DNA of 64,000 nt, taken from the NCBI GenBank assembly GCA_041601615.1, contig JBFIHX010000005.1, positions 96,001-160,000 of the forward strand, in the 5' to 3' direction. Below the pieces are notes generated by a model, which was given only the letters and a program-made list of their open reading frames with translations, searched no databases and was not told the DNA's origin. This DNA is from Thermoplasmatota archaeon (lineage in GTDB: Archaea; Thermoplasmatota; E2; JACPAO01; JAHFTW01). Each line of letters opens with the position of its first letter. Position 1 is the first letter of the stretch. A program made the translations under genes and the position numbers. Below, in pieces: positions 39,179 through 49,115 of the stretch.

Positions 39179-42112
39179 TCAACGGCGCCCGGTTCGGAAC
39201 TCTACGGCGGGCTCGTGGCGCATGAGGCGGGCTTTCATGGCCGATTCGTAGCGTTGGCGGCGGCGTTTGCGGTGGGCGAGTCGTCGTCGGGTCTCGATGG
39301 CGCCGAGGGCTAGAAACAGGAGGAGGATGCCGGTCCAGACGAGGGGCATGACGGCGATGCCGCCGGCGCTGGGGGTTTTGGGGGCGGTGGCGGATAGCAG
39401 CGGGGCGGCCTCCGGGTTTTTGTCCGTGCTTGGTGCGTCGGGTTTGTCGCCTTTGTCGAGTGCTCGTTGGCGGTCGAGATCTTCTTGGATGGATTCGTCG
39501 GGGGGTGCAAGGTCGCCTTGGAAGATGCCGGGGCCGGAGGTGTCGTTTTGGTCGTCGGGGGGCCCGAAAAGGTCCTGGAACTCATCTTCGGGGAGGACGT
39601 TGATCCAGCCGGAAAGGGCGTCGGTGTGGCCCATGTCGTCGGTGACCCGGATGTCGATGGTGTGGTTGCCCAGTTTGTCAAAGGTGTGGCCGGCGTTTTG
39701 ATGGTCGCTGTAGTGCTTTCCATTGATGCGCCATTCCCATTGCAGGCGGTCGGGGGCTTCGTCTGCGGCGCGGGCCAAAAATACGCCATGGCTGCCTTGG
39801 GGTACGGTGCCTGCGAGGGGCCACGCTGAGAGTCGCGGCGGGTCGTCGGGGATGGTGACGGTGCGCATGGCGGTGCCGGTGTTGCCGCGTTCGTCGTACA
39901 CGGTGAGGTAGAACGGTTGGGGGCCGGCGTCGTCAAACGTGATGGTGTGGCTCCGTGGGCCTTGGGTCATGTTGTCGAGGGTGGTGCCCCAGCTCCATGC
40001 GACGATGTCGGAGCCACCTGGCGTGGAGGTGTCGGTGAATGTGACGCTTCGTTTGGGGAGGACTTTTGCTGTGAAGTCTGCGGGAATGGTGCCTACGGTG
40101 CTGTTTTGGGCGGAGGCGGCGGAGGTGGAGCCGATGATGGTGAGGCGGGCTTCGTGGGTGGCGCCGTGGTCGTCGCTGACGCGGAGCCGGAATTGGTTGA
40201 CGCCTCGGGTGATTTGGGCCTCTGCTTGTTCGCCGCTGGCGGCGGTGCTGTAGGTGCCTGCGACGGGGTCTTGGCGCAGCCAATTGTAGGATTGAATTGC
40301 GCTGTCTGGGTCTGTGCTTGCGCTGCCGTCGAGTTTTGCGGTGCCGAGGCCTGCTGCGTCGACTTGGACTACGCGTGGGGGGCCGGCGTTGGCGACGGGT
40401 GGTGCGTTGTTGATGGTGATGTCTTGGTAGGCGTGGAGGGTGTCGCCGGCTTCGTTGGTGACGGTGAGGTGGACGGGCCAGGTGCCGCCGTGGGGGAAGC
40501 GGTGGGTGGGGTTTGCTTCGGTGCTGTCGGTGGTTCCGTCGCCGTCCCAGTCCCAGTCCCAGTGTTTGGCGCCGGCGCGGTGGTCGTCTACGTCGGACCA
40601 GAAGTAGACGAAGCGGTCGGGGTCGATGCCTCGGTAGTATTCGCAGCAGTATTGGATGGTCAGGCCGAGTTGTGGTGGGCGGACTACGATGTTGAGCCGC
40701 TGGGTGCCGGTGCCGCCGAGGTCGTCCGTGACGGTGAGTTCATAGTCGTAGTTGCCAAGAGGTAGGTCCACGTCCACGAAGGGTTCGTTGCTGATGGTTT
40801 TGCCGTCGCGGCGCCATTCGTAGTCGACGATGGTGCCGTCGCGGTCGAAGGAGTGGGATGCGTCGAGGGTGAAGGCTTCGTGGCCGTCTTGATCGATGTC
40901 GTCGACGGGTTCGTCGGGGAGTCCGATGGCTATTGGGTTGGCGTTGTCGTAGTAGGCAAGCACCAGGCCGGTTCGCGCGTTGCCGGTGTATTCGCTGGGG
41001 GCGCCGAGGGCGGCGACGCGGCCTTCGAGTGCGAGTGCTTCGGGGTGGGGGTGGTCGTGTCCGAATGCTGCCCAGCCGCCTAGGAATCCCACTTCGCACC
41101 AGGGGCCCCACCAGCAGCGCAGTTTTTCGTTTTCATGAATGTAGACGCCGACGTTGCTCCACCAGTAGTTCACAATGAGGATGGTGTCTTCGCGGGCGGC
41201 GACGGCGGTGGCGTCGGTGCTTTCATCCTGGATTTGTTGCCAGCGACCGTTGGTGCTTTTTTCGTAGATGGACACCCAGCCTGAGCCTTCTTTGTCCCCG
41301 CTGGCTGCTAAGTAGCTCGTGGATGCGCTGACCACGACGGCGGTGCCTGTGGTGGCGACTTTGAAGCCGAAGCTGCTTTCGGCGTCGGTGCCGCGGCTTG
41401 CTTCGACGCTGTCGGCGAGGTTCCAGGTGCTGCCTTGGCGGGTGTAGATGTAGGCGGCGCCGGGGGCGGCTTGTTCGACGAATGGTTGGGCGGGTGCGCC
41501 GACGACGAGGATGCCGTCTCGCATGGCAAGGTCGGCGCCGAAGATGCGTTGGTTTGTGGTGGTGGGTTCCTCGATGGTGTGGTGGTGGGCGTAGGTGTTG
41601 CCGCTGAGTTTGTAGATGTGTACGGCGCCTCGGGAGCCGGCGTTGATGAGAAAGTCGTCAAGGGGTTGGGAGACGAAGAGGTAGCTGTCTTTGGCCAGCA
41701 CGTCGTCGCCGAATGCGCCGGTGGATGTGAGGCTGGTTTGGCGTTTCCAGCCCGTGCCGTCGTGGTTCCAAATGGCGACTTCGCCGTGGTGGGCGACGAT
41801 TGCGTGGCTGTCGGCGAGGCTGACGGAGGTGATGCTTCCGAAGCCGGGGTTCAGGGTTGCTTCCAGGGTCCAGTGGTTTTGTTCCCGGGTGTACAGGTAG
41901 GCGGCGTTGCTTGCGGCGACGAGGATGCGTTCTCCGTCGGTTGCTATGTCGTGTCCGAATCGCCGTACACTGTCGTTGGGAGGCGAAATGAGGCTCTCGG
42001 TTTCAAAGTAGGGCCAGCGCACGGATTCGGTTTGCGCTTCGTCCTGGGAGTGCACCGGGAGGGCGAGCCCCGCCACGAGAAGCAGGAGGACGATACCGAC
42101 GGCTGGGCGCAC
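39179..42112 (-). CDS. secreted FG-GAP repeat plus PKD-domain surface protein with C-terminal TM anchor
   Basis: FG.....LVVGAP repeats, multiple WDWDGDG / LTVTDD PKD repeats, C-terminal TM and basic tail. Confidence 0.88.
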   Translation of the reverse strand: MRPAVGIVLLLLVAGLALPVHSQDEAQTESVRWPYFETESLISPPNDSVRRFGHDIATDGERILVAASNAAYLYTREQNHWTLEATLNPGFGSITSVSLADSHAIVAHHGEVAIWNHDGTGWKRQTSLTSTGAFGDDVLAKDSYLFVSQPLDDFLINAGSRGAVHIYKLSGNTYAHHHTIEEPTTTNQRIFGADLAMRDGILVVGAPAQPFVEQAAPGAAYIYTRQGSTWNLADSVEASRGTDAESSFGFKVATTGTAVVVSASTSYLAASGDKEGSGWVSIYEKSTNGRWQQIQDESTDATAVAAREDTILIVNYWWSNVGVYIHENEKLRCWWGPWCEVGFLGGWAAFGHDHPHPEALALEGRVAALGAPSEYTGNARTGLVLAYYDNANPIAIGLPDEPVDDIDQDGHEAFTLDASHSFDRDGTIVDYEWRRDGKTISNEPFVDVDLPLGNYDYELTVTDDLGGTGTQRLNIVVRPPQLGLTIQYCCEYYRGIDPDRFVYFWSDVDDHRAGAKHWDWDWDGDGTTDSTEANPTHRFPHGGTWPVHLTVTNEAGDTLHAYQDITINNAPPVANAGPPRVVQVDAAGLGTAKLDGSASTDPDSAIQSYNWLRQDPVAGTYSTAASGEQAEAQITRGVNQFRLRVSDDHGATHEARLTIIGSTSAASAQNSTVGTIPADFTAKVLPKRSVTFTDTSTPGGSDIVAWSWGTTLDNMTQGPRSHTITFDDAGPQPFYLTVYDERGNTGTAMRTVTIPDDPPRLSAWPLAGTVPQGSHGVFLARAADEAPDRLQWEWRINGKHYSDHQNAGHTFDKLGNHTIDIRVTDDMGHTDALSGWINVLPEDEFQDLFGPPDDQNDTSGPGIFQGDLAPPDESIQEDLDRQRALDKGDKPDAPSTDKNPEAAPLLSATAPKTPSAGGIAVMPLVWTGILLLFLALGAIETRRRLAHRKRRRQRYESAMKARLMRHEPAVEFRTGRR

Positions 42113-42165
42113 GGCTGTACCCCTTCTTGCAGGTATTTATCACTGTTGGGAGTTTTGTGGTTCCT

Positions 42166-44982
42166 TTATCGCCGCCGGGCGGAGAGTACGATGGTGACAA
42201 GCACGAGGGTGGCGAAGGCGACGCCAATCCACAGCCACGGCTCGCGGGGGTCAAGGACCACGGCTGCGGCATTGGGGCGGGGCTCCTGGCTGGCGAGGCC
42301 ATAAGGGCCAGCGTCGGCGTTGTCTGCTTGGTCCTTTGTGCTGTCGCCGTCGGCGTTTGTGCCGCTGCCCGAGTCGACTTTGTCCGGGTTGTTTTCTTCG
42401 GCAAAGGGACTTTCTGGGGCTTGCTCGGCCATGGGTCCGCCTGCCACGGGGGGCACGGTGGTGCCGGGGGGCACGGCTTGCACTTTGATGGTCACGGTGG
42501 CTTTCGAGCTGGCACCTTCTGGGTCTTGGACGGTGAGGGTGACGGTGTAGCTGCCGGCCTTGTCGTAGGTGTGTGCGGGGGCTTGCTGGGTGCCGGTTTC
42601 GCCGTCGCCAAAGTCCCAGGTTCGGCTCAGGTTGCTGCCTTCGGGATCGGTGCTGTTGTCCACGAGGAGGACTTTTTGGCCAACGTATGCGTCGGTGGTG
42701 CGGGCTTCAATGATAGCGGTTGGGGCGCCGTTTTTGATGAATACGTTGCGCGTCACGGTGGTCTGGAGCCCGGTTTCGTCGGTGACGGTGAGTTGGACGT
42801 CGTGGGCACCGAATTTGGCGAGGCCTAGGACGGGGTTTGGTTCGCTTGCGTCGATGCTGCCGTCTGCGTCCACGTCGTACCACCACATGACGATGCGGTT
42901 GTCGGCGTCCGTGCTTTTGTCTGTGAATGCGATGGCTCGCTCGGGGGGTCCGTCGGCGCGTTGCCAATCGAAGGCGGCGTTGGGGGGTCGACGGTTGGCG
43001 GGCGACGTGGGGGATCCGGTGCCGTTTTCGCCGCCGCCTCCGGCTTGGCCGTCTTTTTCGAGGATCAAGATGGTAACGCGGTCGGTGTCACGGACACCTT
43101 TGTCGTCTTTGACGGTGAGGTCGATGTCGTGGACGCCGGCGCCGAGGCGCAGGGTCGGTTGGCTGCTGGTGCTGAACCGTTTGCCGTTGCGCGCCCATGA
43201 GTAGCTTTCCACTTCGCCGTCCGGGTCGTGGCTGCGGGTGCCGTCGAGGGAGACTTCGATGGTGGTGCCGGCGGGGTGGTCGCGGATGATTTGGTCCATG
43301 CCGGCGTCGGCTACGGGTGCGACGTTGCGTACGGTGATTTTCTTGGTCAAGGACGCTTTGGTGTCGATGTCGGTGTGGACAGTGAGGGTCACTTGCTTGG
43401 TGCCGGAGGTCTCGAAGCTCCAGGTGGGGGTGGGGCCGGTGGCGTCGGGGCTGCCGTCTGCGTCCATGTCCCAGCTCCATGCGATGATGTGGCCGTAGCT
43501 GCTGGTGCTTTCGTCCACGAACCGCACTTCTTGGTTGCCCAGGATGGTGCCGGGTAGCCATGAGAAGTCGGGCTCGGGGGTGGGCGGGCCGTGTACGGTG
43601 AAGACGCGCTTTGCTTGGTCGGTTCCGAGCATTGGGTCGGAGACGGCGAGCATGATTTCGTGCGGCCCTACGGACAAGGATTGGCTGAGTTCCTTGCCGG
43701 TTCCGACGAGGGCGCCATCCACGTACCAGTGGTATGCAAGGTCGGTGCCGTTGCTTTTGGAGGCGAGGAAGGTGACGGGTTCGTGGCCGTTGCCGTCAAG
43801 GTCGGCGGGTTCTTCCGGCAGCGTGATGCGTGCTTCGGGGCCGTCGTTGTTTCCGAGCAATTGCACCGTGCCGCCACGGGAGTGGGAAAAGCCCAGGGCG
43901 GCGATGCCTCGGTGCAAGGAAATGTCGGAGGGTTGGCTTCGGGAAGTGAAGGAATCTGGCCCCCAACTGCTGCCCTCGCGGCCGTAGACTCGAAGGTAGG
44001 GCGAGAACGTGCCGCGCGTAATCATGCGGGATTCGCTTGCTTCGATTTGGTTGCATCGCACGTCCTCGAAGGACTGGGAAACAGTCCAAGTGGAGCCGCT
44101 TTTGCGGTAGACGTGCAAGCTGCGGTCGTTGTCTGCGATGAAGATGCTGGCGTCGTCGCACACCAACACTTCGTTTTTGGTCTGGGCGATGGCGATGCCG
44201 AAGCCGGAGCCGTCGTTCAGGGCCGAGGGGCCCAGTTCGGCTTCTTGGGTCCATTGGCTGCCGCTGAGGCCGTAGATGAATGCCGAGCCGGGTTCTACGG
44301 TGTCCTGGTAGTACCAGCCGGGGGCGCCCACAATGAGTCGAGAGCCTTGCAAGTCCAAGTCGTAGCCGAACATGGTCCGAGATAGGAGGCCAGGGTCTGA
44401 CAGGGTCTGTTTGAACACTGCGTCGTCGCCTTGCAGTTTGTACATGTGCACGCGGCTGGTTTGGCGTAGCGCTTCGTCGGAGATGTAGAGATCTGGCGCG
44501 GCGACGGCAATCCAGGAGCCGGAAATGGCAACTTCCTCTCCATAGTCCACGTCGTCGGGGGCCGAGTCCATTCGATCGGCGAGTCGCCACGATGCGCCGC
44601 CGTGCTTGTAGACGTATGCGGCCCCGTAGCCGCCGCCGGATTTGTGTTGGTTGGGCGCTCCGATGACGAGTACGTCTCCGTCCACAGCGATTCCGGCGCC
44701 AAACTGACTATTCTTGGGGCCCTCCAGTGTTTGCAGGACCTTCCAGAGGCCGTCGCGAATCCCCATCACGACCACCTTGGCCGAGCCGGGAGATCCTACA
44801 ATGAGGTCATCGCCATGCCATGCTACGGTGTCGCCGAAGCGCAAGTCCTGCACGGGACTTCCAATTGATTCATAGATGGAGAGTTTCGTGTGGCCGTCGG
44901 CGGCGGCGGGCAATGCATGGAGTGTGGACCCAAGCAGGACCATTGCAAGAAACAGGTGCTTGCGTCGCCCCGGATTCACCAC
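42166..44982 (-). CDS. secreted FG-GAP repeat plus PKD-domain surface protein (paralog of the adjacent gene)
   Basis: Same architecture; WDFGDG PKD repeat; C-terminal TM ending in RRR. Confidence 0.88.
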   Translation of the reverse strand: MVNPGRRKHLFLAMVLLGSTLHALPAAADGHTKLSIYESIGSPVQDLRFGDTVAWHGDDLIVGSPGSAKVVVMGIRDGLWKVLQTLEGPKNSQFGAGIAVDGDVLVIGAPNQHKSGGGYGAAYVYKHGGASWRLADRMDSAPDDVDYGEEVAISGSWIAVAAPDLYISDEALRQTSRVHMYKLQGDDAVFKQTLSDPGLLSRTMFGYDLDLQGSRLIVGAPGWYYQDTVEPGSAFIYGLSGSQWTQEAELGPSALNDGSGFGIAIAQTKNEVLVCDDASIFIADNDRSLHVYRKSGSTWTVSQSFEDVRCNQIEASESRMITRGTFSPYLRVYGREGSSWGPDSFTSRSQPSDISLHRGIAALGFSHSRGGTVQLLGNNDGPEARITLPEEPADLDGNGHEPVTFLASKSNGTDLAYHWYVDGALVGTGKELSQSLSVGPHEIMLAVSDPMLGTDQAKRVFTVHGPPTPEPDFSWLPGTILGNQEVRFVDESTSSYGHIIAWSWDMDADGSPDATGPTPTWSFETSGTKQVTLTVHTDIDTKASLTKKITVRNVAPVADAGMDQIIRDHPAGTTIEVSLDGTRSHDPDGEVESYSWARNGKRFSTSSQPTLRLGAGVHDIDLTVKDDKGVRDTDRVTILILEKDGQAGGGGENGTGSPTSPANRRPPNAAFDWQRADGPPERAIAFTDKSTDADNRIVMWWYDVDADGSIDASEPNPVLGLAKFGAHDVQLTVTDETGLQTTVTRNVFIKNGAPTAIIEARTTDAYVGQKVLLVDNSTDPEGSNLSRTWDFGDGETGTQQAPAHTYDKAGSYTVTLTVQDPEGASSKATVTIKVQAVPPGTTVPPVAGGPMAEQAPESPFAEENNPDKVDSGSGTNADGDSTKDQADNADAGPYGLASQEPRPNAAAVVLDPREPWLWIGVAFATLVLVTIVLSARRR

Positions 44983-45006
44983 AAGCTGACCCCGACTTTC
45001 CCCTAC

Positions 45007-45516
45007 TTAAGGAGTATCGTCCCTTCGTGCAAGTCGACGAATTCCCATTGCCCCGGCAACAAGCAGCGCGCCCAGAAATAGCCATGCGCCAAGGGGCAAC
45101 GAAGCAACGCGTTCGAGCCACGACGAAAGCAAGGGCCGCGCCTCGCTGCCGCTTCGATCATGGCCGTGGTCGGGGTCGACGAGGCGCCACTGCCCAGGGT
45201 CTTGCTCAAATTGTAACAATCGAATTCGATTCGGGGCTGCTTTGCGGCAGGTTCGTAGTGGTTCCACGAGAAACGCTCCGGTCTCGCTGCACCCGCCAAC
45301 GCCAGCGACCGCAGCCCAATCGCCGTTGGCGACCACCTGCTCACCGCCGCGACTCGATGGATCCACGTCCGGCTCCAAGGGCAAAGTCAATCTTGGTTCA
45401 ACCAAGACGGGCTCGCCTTGCTCTGGTGCTCCATGGCCGTCACCGTCCCGAACAACAGGAGAATGAGAATTCCAGCACTCCACCGCAACAACGCCGAAAC
45501 GATCCTCGAACCCATA
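45007..45516 (-). pseudogene. possible frameshifted secreted/anchored protein remnant
   Basis: Signal-peptide-like MGSRIVSALLRWSAGILILLLFG in one frame stops early; C-terminal TM plus basic tail (LGAWLFLGALLVAGAMGIRRLARR) lies in another frame. Confidence 0.35.
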
Positions 45517-45594
45517 AGCATTCGGGGGGATGTACGCCGGGTCGCCAGCCCGAACCTTTTTTGACCCGGCGGCTTGGCCGGCCAGGTCGCCTTG

Positions 45595-46818
45595 ATGCCT
45601 GGAACCTTCCCCAAGAAAGCATGGCTTGTACTGGAGGATGGTTCCGTGGTGGAGGGCGAACATTTTGGCGCCCCCGGCACCGCGTTTGGCGAACTGGTCT
45701 TCAACACTGGAATGACCGGCTACCAGGAGAGCCTCACGGACCCATCGTACCACGGCCAGGTGCTGATGTTCACCTACCCGATGGTGGGCAACTACGGCAT
45801 CAATGCGGCCGACTGGGAAAGCGACAAGGTCTGGCCCCGGGCCGTCGTGGTGCGTGAATGGTGCCGCGAGCCCAGCCACCGCGCCAGCGCCAAGACCCTG
45901 GACGAGCTTCTGAAGGAACAGGGCACGCCCGGCATCAGTGGCGTGGACACCCGTGCGCTTACGCTTCGCACCCGCGAGAAAGGCTGCTTGAAGTGCTTCG
46001 TCACGGACGACGAGGCGGCGGTTCCGGGCCTCGTGGCCAAGGTCGCAGGTATGGCAAGCGTGGAAGCCGACAACCTTGCGGGCGAAGCGAGTGTTCCTGA
46101 AGTGCGCCGCTACGGCCGCAACGACGCAGGGGAACTCGTGGACGGAAGCACACCCGACCCCGCCGCGTACTCTGTGGCGGTGCTCGATACCGGCATCAAG
46201 CGCAACATCCTGCGCAACCTCGCCCGCCGCTTCAACGTCCTGCACTGCCCCTGGGACACCAGCGCCGAAACGGTCCTCGCGTTCAACCCGGACGCCTTGT
46301 TTTTGGCCAACGGCCCCGGCGACCCTGGCCATCCTGACATCATCGCCAACACGGTCCCGGCGATTCGCGCCTTGTCCGAGCAATTTCCCACGTTCGGCAT
46401 TTGCTACGGCAACCAACTCGTCAGTCTTGCCTGGGGCGCGACGACGCATAAGATGAAGTTCGGCCACCGAGGCGCCAACATTCCCGTGCGCGACGAAGCA
46501 ACCGGCACCGTGCGCATCACGAGTCAAAACCATGGCTTTGCCGTGGATGGCGCAAGCGTCGAAGGCACCCAACTTCGCATCTGGGAACGCTGCCCCAACG
46601 ACGGCACCGTCGAGGCGCTCATGCACGAATCGCTGCCGATTTTCACCACCCAGTACCACCCCGAGGCGTGCCCTGGGCCGTGGGATTCGGGGCACCTCTT
46701 CGACGCATTCCTCGCTCTCGTAAAGGAAGTCAAGGCAGGCACTTTCGTGGCGGGCACGTTCCCCGGCATCCACCAAAAGGGCGTCGCGCCCTGCCCCGTG
46801 GACGCAGCCACCGCCTAG
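45595..46818 (+). CDS. carA: carbamoyl-phosphate synthase small subunit
   Basis: GELVFNTGMTGYQE, NGPGDP, GICYG, SQNHGF, QYHPEA. Confidence 0.97.
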   Translation: MPGTFPKKAWLVLEDGSVVEGEHFGAPGTAFGELVFNTGMTGYQESLTDPSYHGQVLMFTYPMVGNYGINAADWESDKVWPRAVVVREWCREPSHRASAKTLDELLKEQGTPGISGVDTRALTLRTREKGCLKCFVTDDEAAVPGLVAKVAGMASVEADNLAGEASVPEVRRYGRNDAGELVDGSTPDPAAYSVAVLDTGIKRNILRNLARRFNVLHCPWDTSAETVLAFNPDALFLANGPGDPGHPDIIANTVPAIRALSEQFPTFGICYGNQLVSLAWGATTHKMKFGHRGANIPVRDEATGTVRITSQNHGFAVDGASVEGTQLRIWERCPNDGTVEALMHESLPIFTTQYHPEACPGPWDSGHLFDAFLALVKEVKAGTFVAGTFPGIHQKGVAPCPVDAATA

Positions 46819-48758
46819 TTTCCAGGCTGATCGGAATCGACCGCTTCGGTGTCGCGCTCAAAAAACACTGTGTGCACATCGTTGCCATCCACCACCGTGA
46901 CAATTGCCGGGGCTGACGCGCCGAACGTCCGCATCAAGCCGGTGCGGTACACATCGTCGCGAAGGTCGCCAACGCGGTGGCTTTCGGCTTCCCCGTCGGC
47001 GCCAATGATGGCAAACACATCGTCGTCATCCAGTCCCTGCAATTGGTTCATGATCGCCGCCAAATCGCGAGCATACACCTCCGCTGCCGCTTGCCGGGCG
47101 CGTTCAAAGCGACGGTCCTGAATTCTAGCACCAAGCGCCGTCACCGGAACCACGAGCAGTTTCGTCGCGGCAATCAAGCCGTGCACCGCGCGGTCCACGC
47201 CGCGGGCTGCGGCGTGGCTTGCCCCTGACAAAGTGCGGGCCACGGCGCGCACCGGTTTGGGCGTGAACGCCTCCGCGCCCGAGTGTAGCGCGTCCGCTTG
47301 CTCCAGGGCCCACAGATACCAAGCCGGTGGATTGTCTGCCGTGCGAGCGCGAAGCCAAAGGAACGTGGCAACATACAGCACTGCGCCGGCGGCGCCCAGA
47401 GGCACCAAGCTCGCCATGGGAAGAAACGCAAGCACGAACCCGAAGTAGAGCATGTACGCGCCCACCGCGTACAGGAACGCCACGGATCGGCGCCAGACCC
47501 AGATGTCGTACCCTGGCAGCGGCCGGATCGGCAAGGCGCTCGTGGCAAGTCCAACGAGAGCGACTTCCATCGCCTGGTCCACCACGGCATAATTCCAACG
47601 ATAGCCCACCCACAAGAACGGCAAAAGCAACGCCAGAAACACCGTCATGCTTGCCAAGGCACGAATGCCCTCCACGTGCGGCGGCTCGTCGTCTGTGCCG
47701 TCCGCGTCCTCATCGCGCACTTCCTCCACGTACCCAGGGTACCCGAACGGCGTGCGAAACAGAACCGAAGAAAGGACAAGGCTCACAGCGCCGGAACCTA
47801 GGAACCGAACCGCCGTCGCCGCTCGGCTAGCAAAACCCAGAAGGTACTCCACGCCGAGGGCCGCAGCCACGAACAGCATCGACACGCCGCCCGCGATGGG
47901 CAGGGCACGAAGATAGGGGCCCAACGCATACGGATGCAGGCCCTCAAAGGCAAAGAAAATCGTCACAAGCAAGAGCGTCAATGCCAGCGCCATCCAAGTG
48001 CCCATGCGACGCGCCCGCACCTTCGTGCGAAGGGCAAGATAATCCTCACCCACCGCCATCAAACTCTCCTTACCTATTTGCGCTGCCGCCATAGCCGCCC
48101 GGCTGCCAAGCGTCGAACCCACCGCGCTGCCACCGGCCGCAAGCGCCGTCGTCGTGCCCACCACAGCCGCAGCCGTACCAAGCTCCGCGCGCGCATTTTG
48201 CACCGACACGTCCAGCACAGCAAGCGTCTCGTTGCCGCGCCGGGCCTCCAGCGTGTACGGGCCGTTTACCGCCGTAGTCGTGTCCCAAGAAGCCGTAGAT
48301 GCCGCCCCCGGAGCAGAAAGCAGGGAAGTGCTCCCACCCGCCGACAACAACACAATGCTTGCGTCCGACGGCGCATCCAGCAAGCGCACATCGACGGCAC
48401 CCGAGACGCGATCCACGCGCACCACCTCGCCGCCCTGGCTCAACACCAACAAGGGTTCGCCCGGCGCAACCATGGCAGGCTCATCGCTTGGCCACACTTT
48501 GACCACCAAAACGCCAGCAAGCAGCAACTCCAACAGGAGTGCCACCGCCAACAATGTCCGAACCGGATCCGCACGTTGCGGGCGACGAGGGGGCACTTCG
48601 ACCGCCAAGATGGGCCCGAAAGCGCCGCTTGTGGATAACTTCAGCGAGCCGAACAAGGAGGCACCCGCGACCGTTGCCTTTTTTGCGGCCTCGGGGTGCG
48701 CCGTCAGGTCGGGGCCGCGAACCTGGCCGCCTGGGAGCCCCTTGATGCCCAAGCGCAC
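46815..48758 (-). CDS. multi-pass membrane protein inserted between carA and carB (start uncertain, probably downstream of 48758)
   Basis: N-terminal TM, Ig-like WDTT..NGPYTLEAR segment, then about 8 TM helices. Confidence 0.7.
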   Translation of the reverse strand: MRLGIKGLPGGQVRGPDLTAHPEAAKKATVAGASLFGSLKLSTSGAFGPILAVEVPPRRPQRADPVRTLLAVALLLELLLAGVLVVKVWPSDEPAMVAPGEPLLVLSQGGEVVRVDRVSGAVDVRLLDAPSDASIVLLSAGGSTSLLSAPGAASTASWDTTTAVNGPYTLEARRGNETLAVLDVSVQNARAELGTAAAVVGTTTALAAGGSAVGSTLGSRAAMAAAQIGKESLMAVGEDYLALRTKVRARRMGTWMALALTLLLVTIFFAFEGLHPYALGPYLRALPIAGGVSMLFVAAALGVEYLLGFASRAATAVRFLGSGAVSLVLSSVLFRTPFGYPGYVEEVRDEDADGTDDEPPHVEGIRALASMTVFLALLLPFLWVGYRWNYAVVDQAMEVALVGLATSALPIRPLPGYDIWVWRRSVAFLYAVGAYMLYFGFVLAFLPMASLVPLGAAGAVLYVATFLWLRARTADNPPAWYLWALEQADALHSGAEAFTPKPVRAVARTLSGASHAAARGVDRAVHGLIAATKLLVVPVTALGARIQDRRFERARQAAAEVYARDLAAIMNQLQGLDDDDVFAIIGADGEAESHRVGDLRDDVYRTGLMRTFGASAPAIVTVVDGNDVHTVFFERDTEAVDSDQPGN

Positions 48759-49115
48759 CGACGATCACAGAATCCTAGCACGGCCCGGCGGAGCAGTTCT
48801 TCGCTCGGCGTCCATTGTTCCTGCGGCGCGGGGAATCGAAAAACACCGAGGTGTCTAGCGTGCCTAAGAGAACGGATGTCAAGAAAATCCTGATCATCGG
48901 CAGTGGGCCGATCCAAATTGGCCAAGCCGCCGAAATTGATGCCGGGGCTTTGCCCCTGGCGGCCCCAGATTCGGGCCCCGCTCGCGTCGCTCGGGGACCC
49001 AGGCACGTTCGTGGCGGCTTGCGAGGTGTCATTCATGCCTAAGCGAACGGATGTCAAAAAAATCCTCATCATCGGCAGTGGACCCATCCAGATTGGCCAA
49101 GCCGCAGAGTTTGAT
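48745..49115 (+). repeat. triplicated carB 5' end (48745-48777 degenerate; 48860-48940; real 49035-49115) with hairpin spacers
   Basis: MPKRTDDHRIL; [27 protein letters not shown]; [37 protein letters not shown] precedes copies 2 and 3. Confidence 0.93.
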
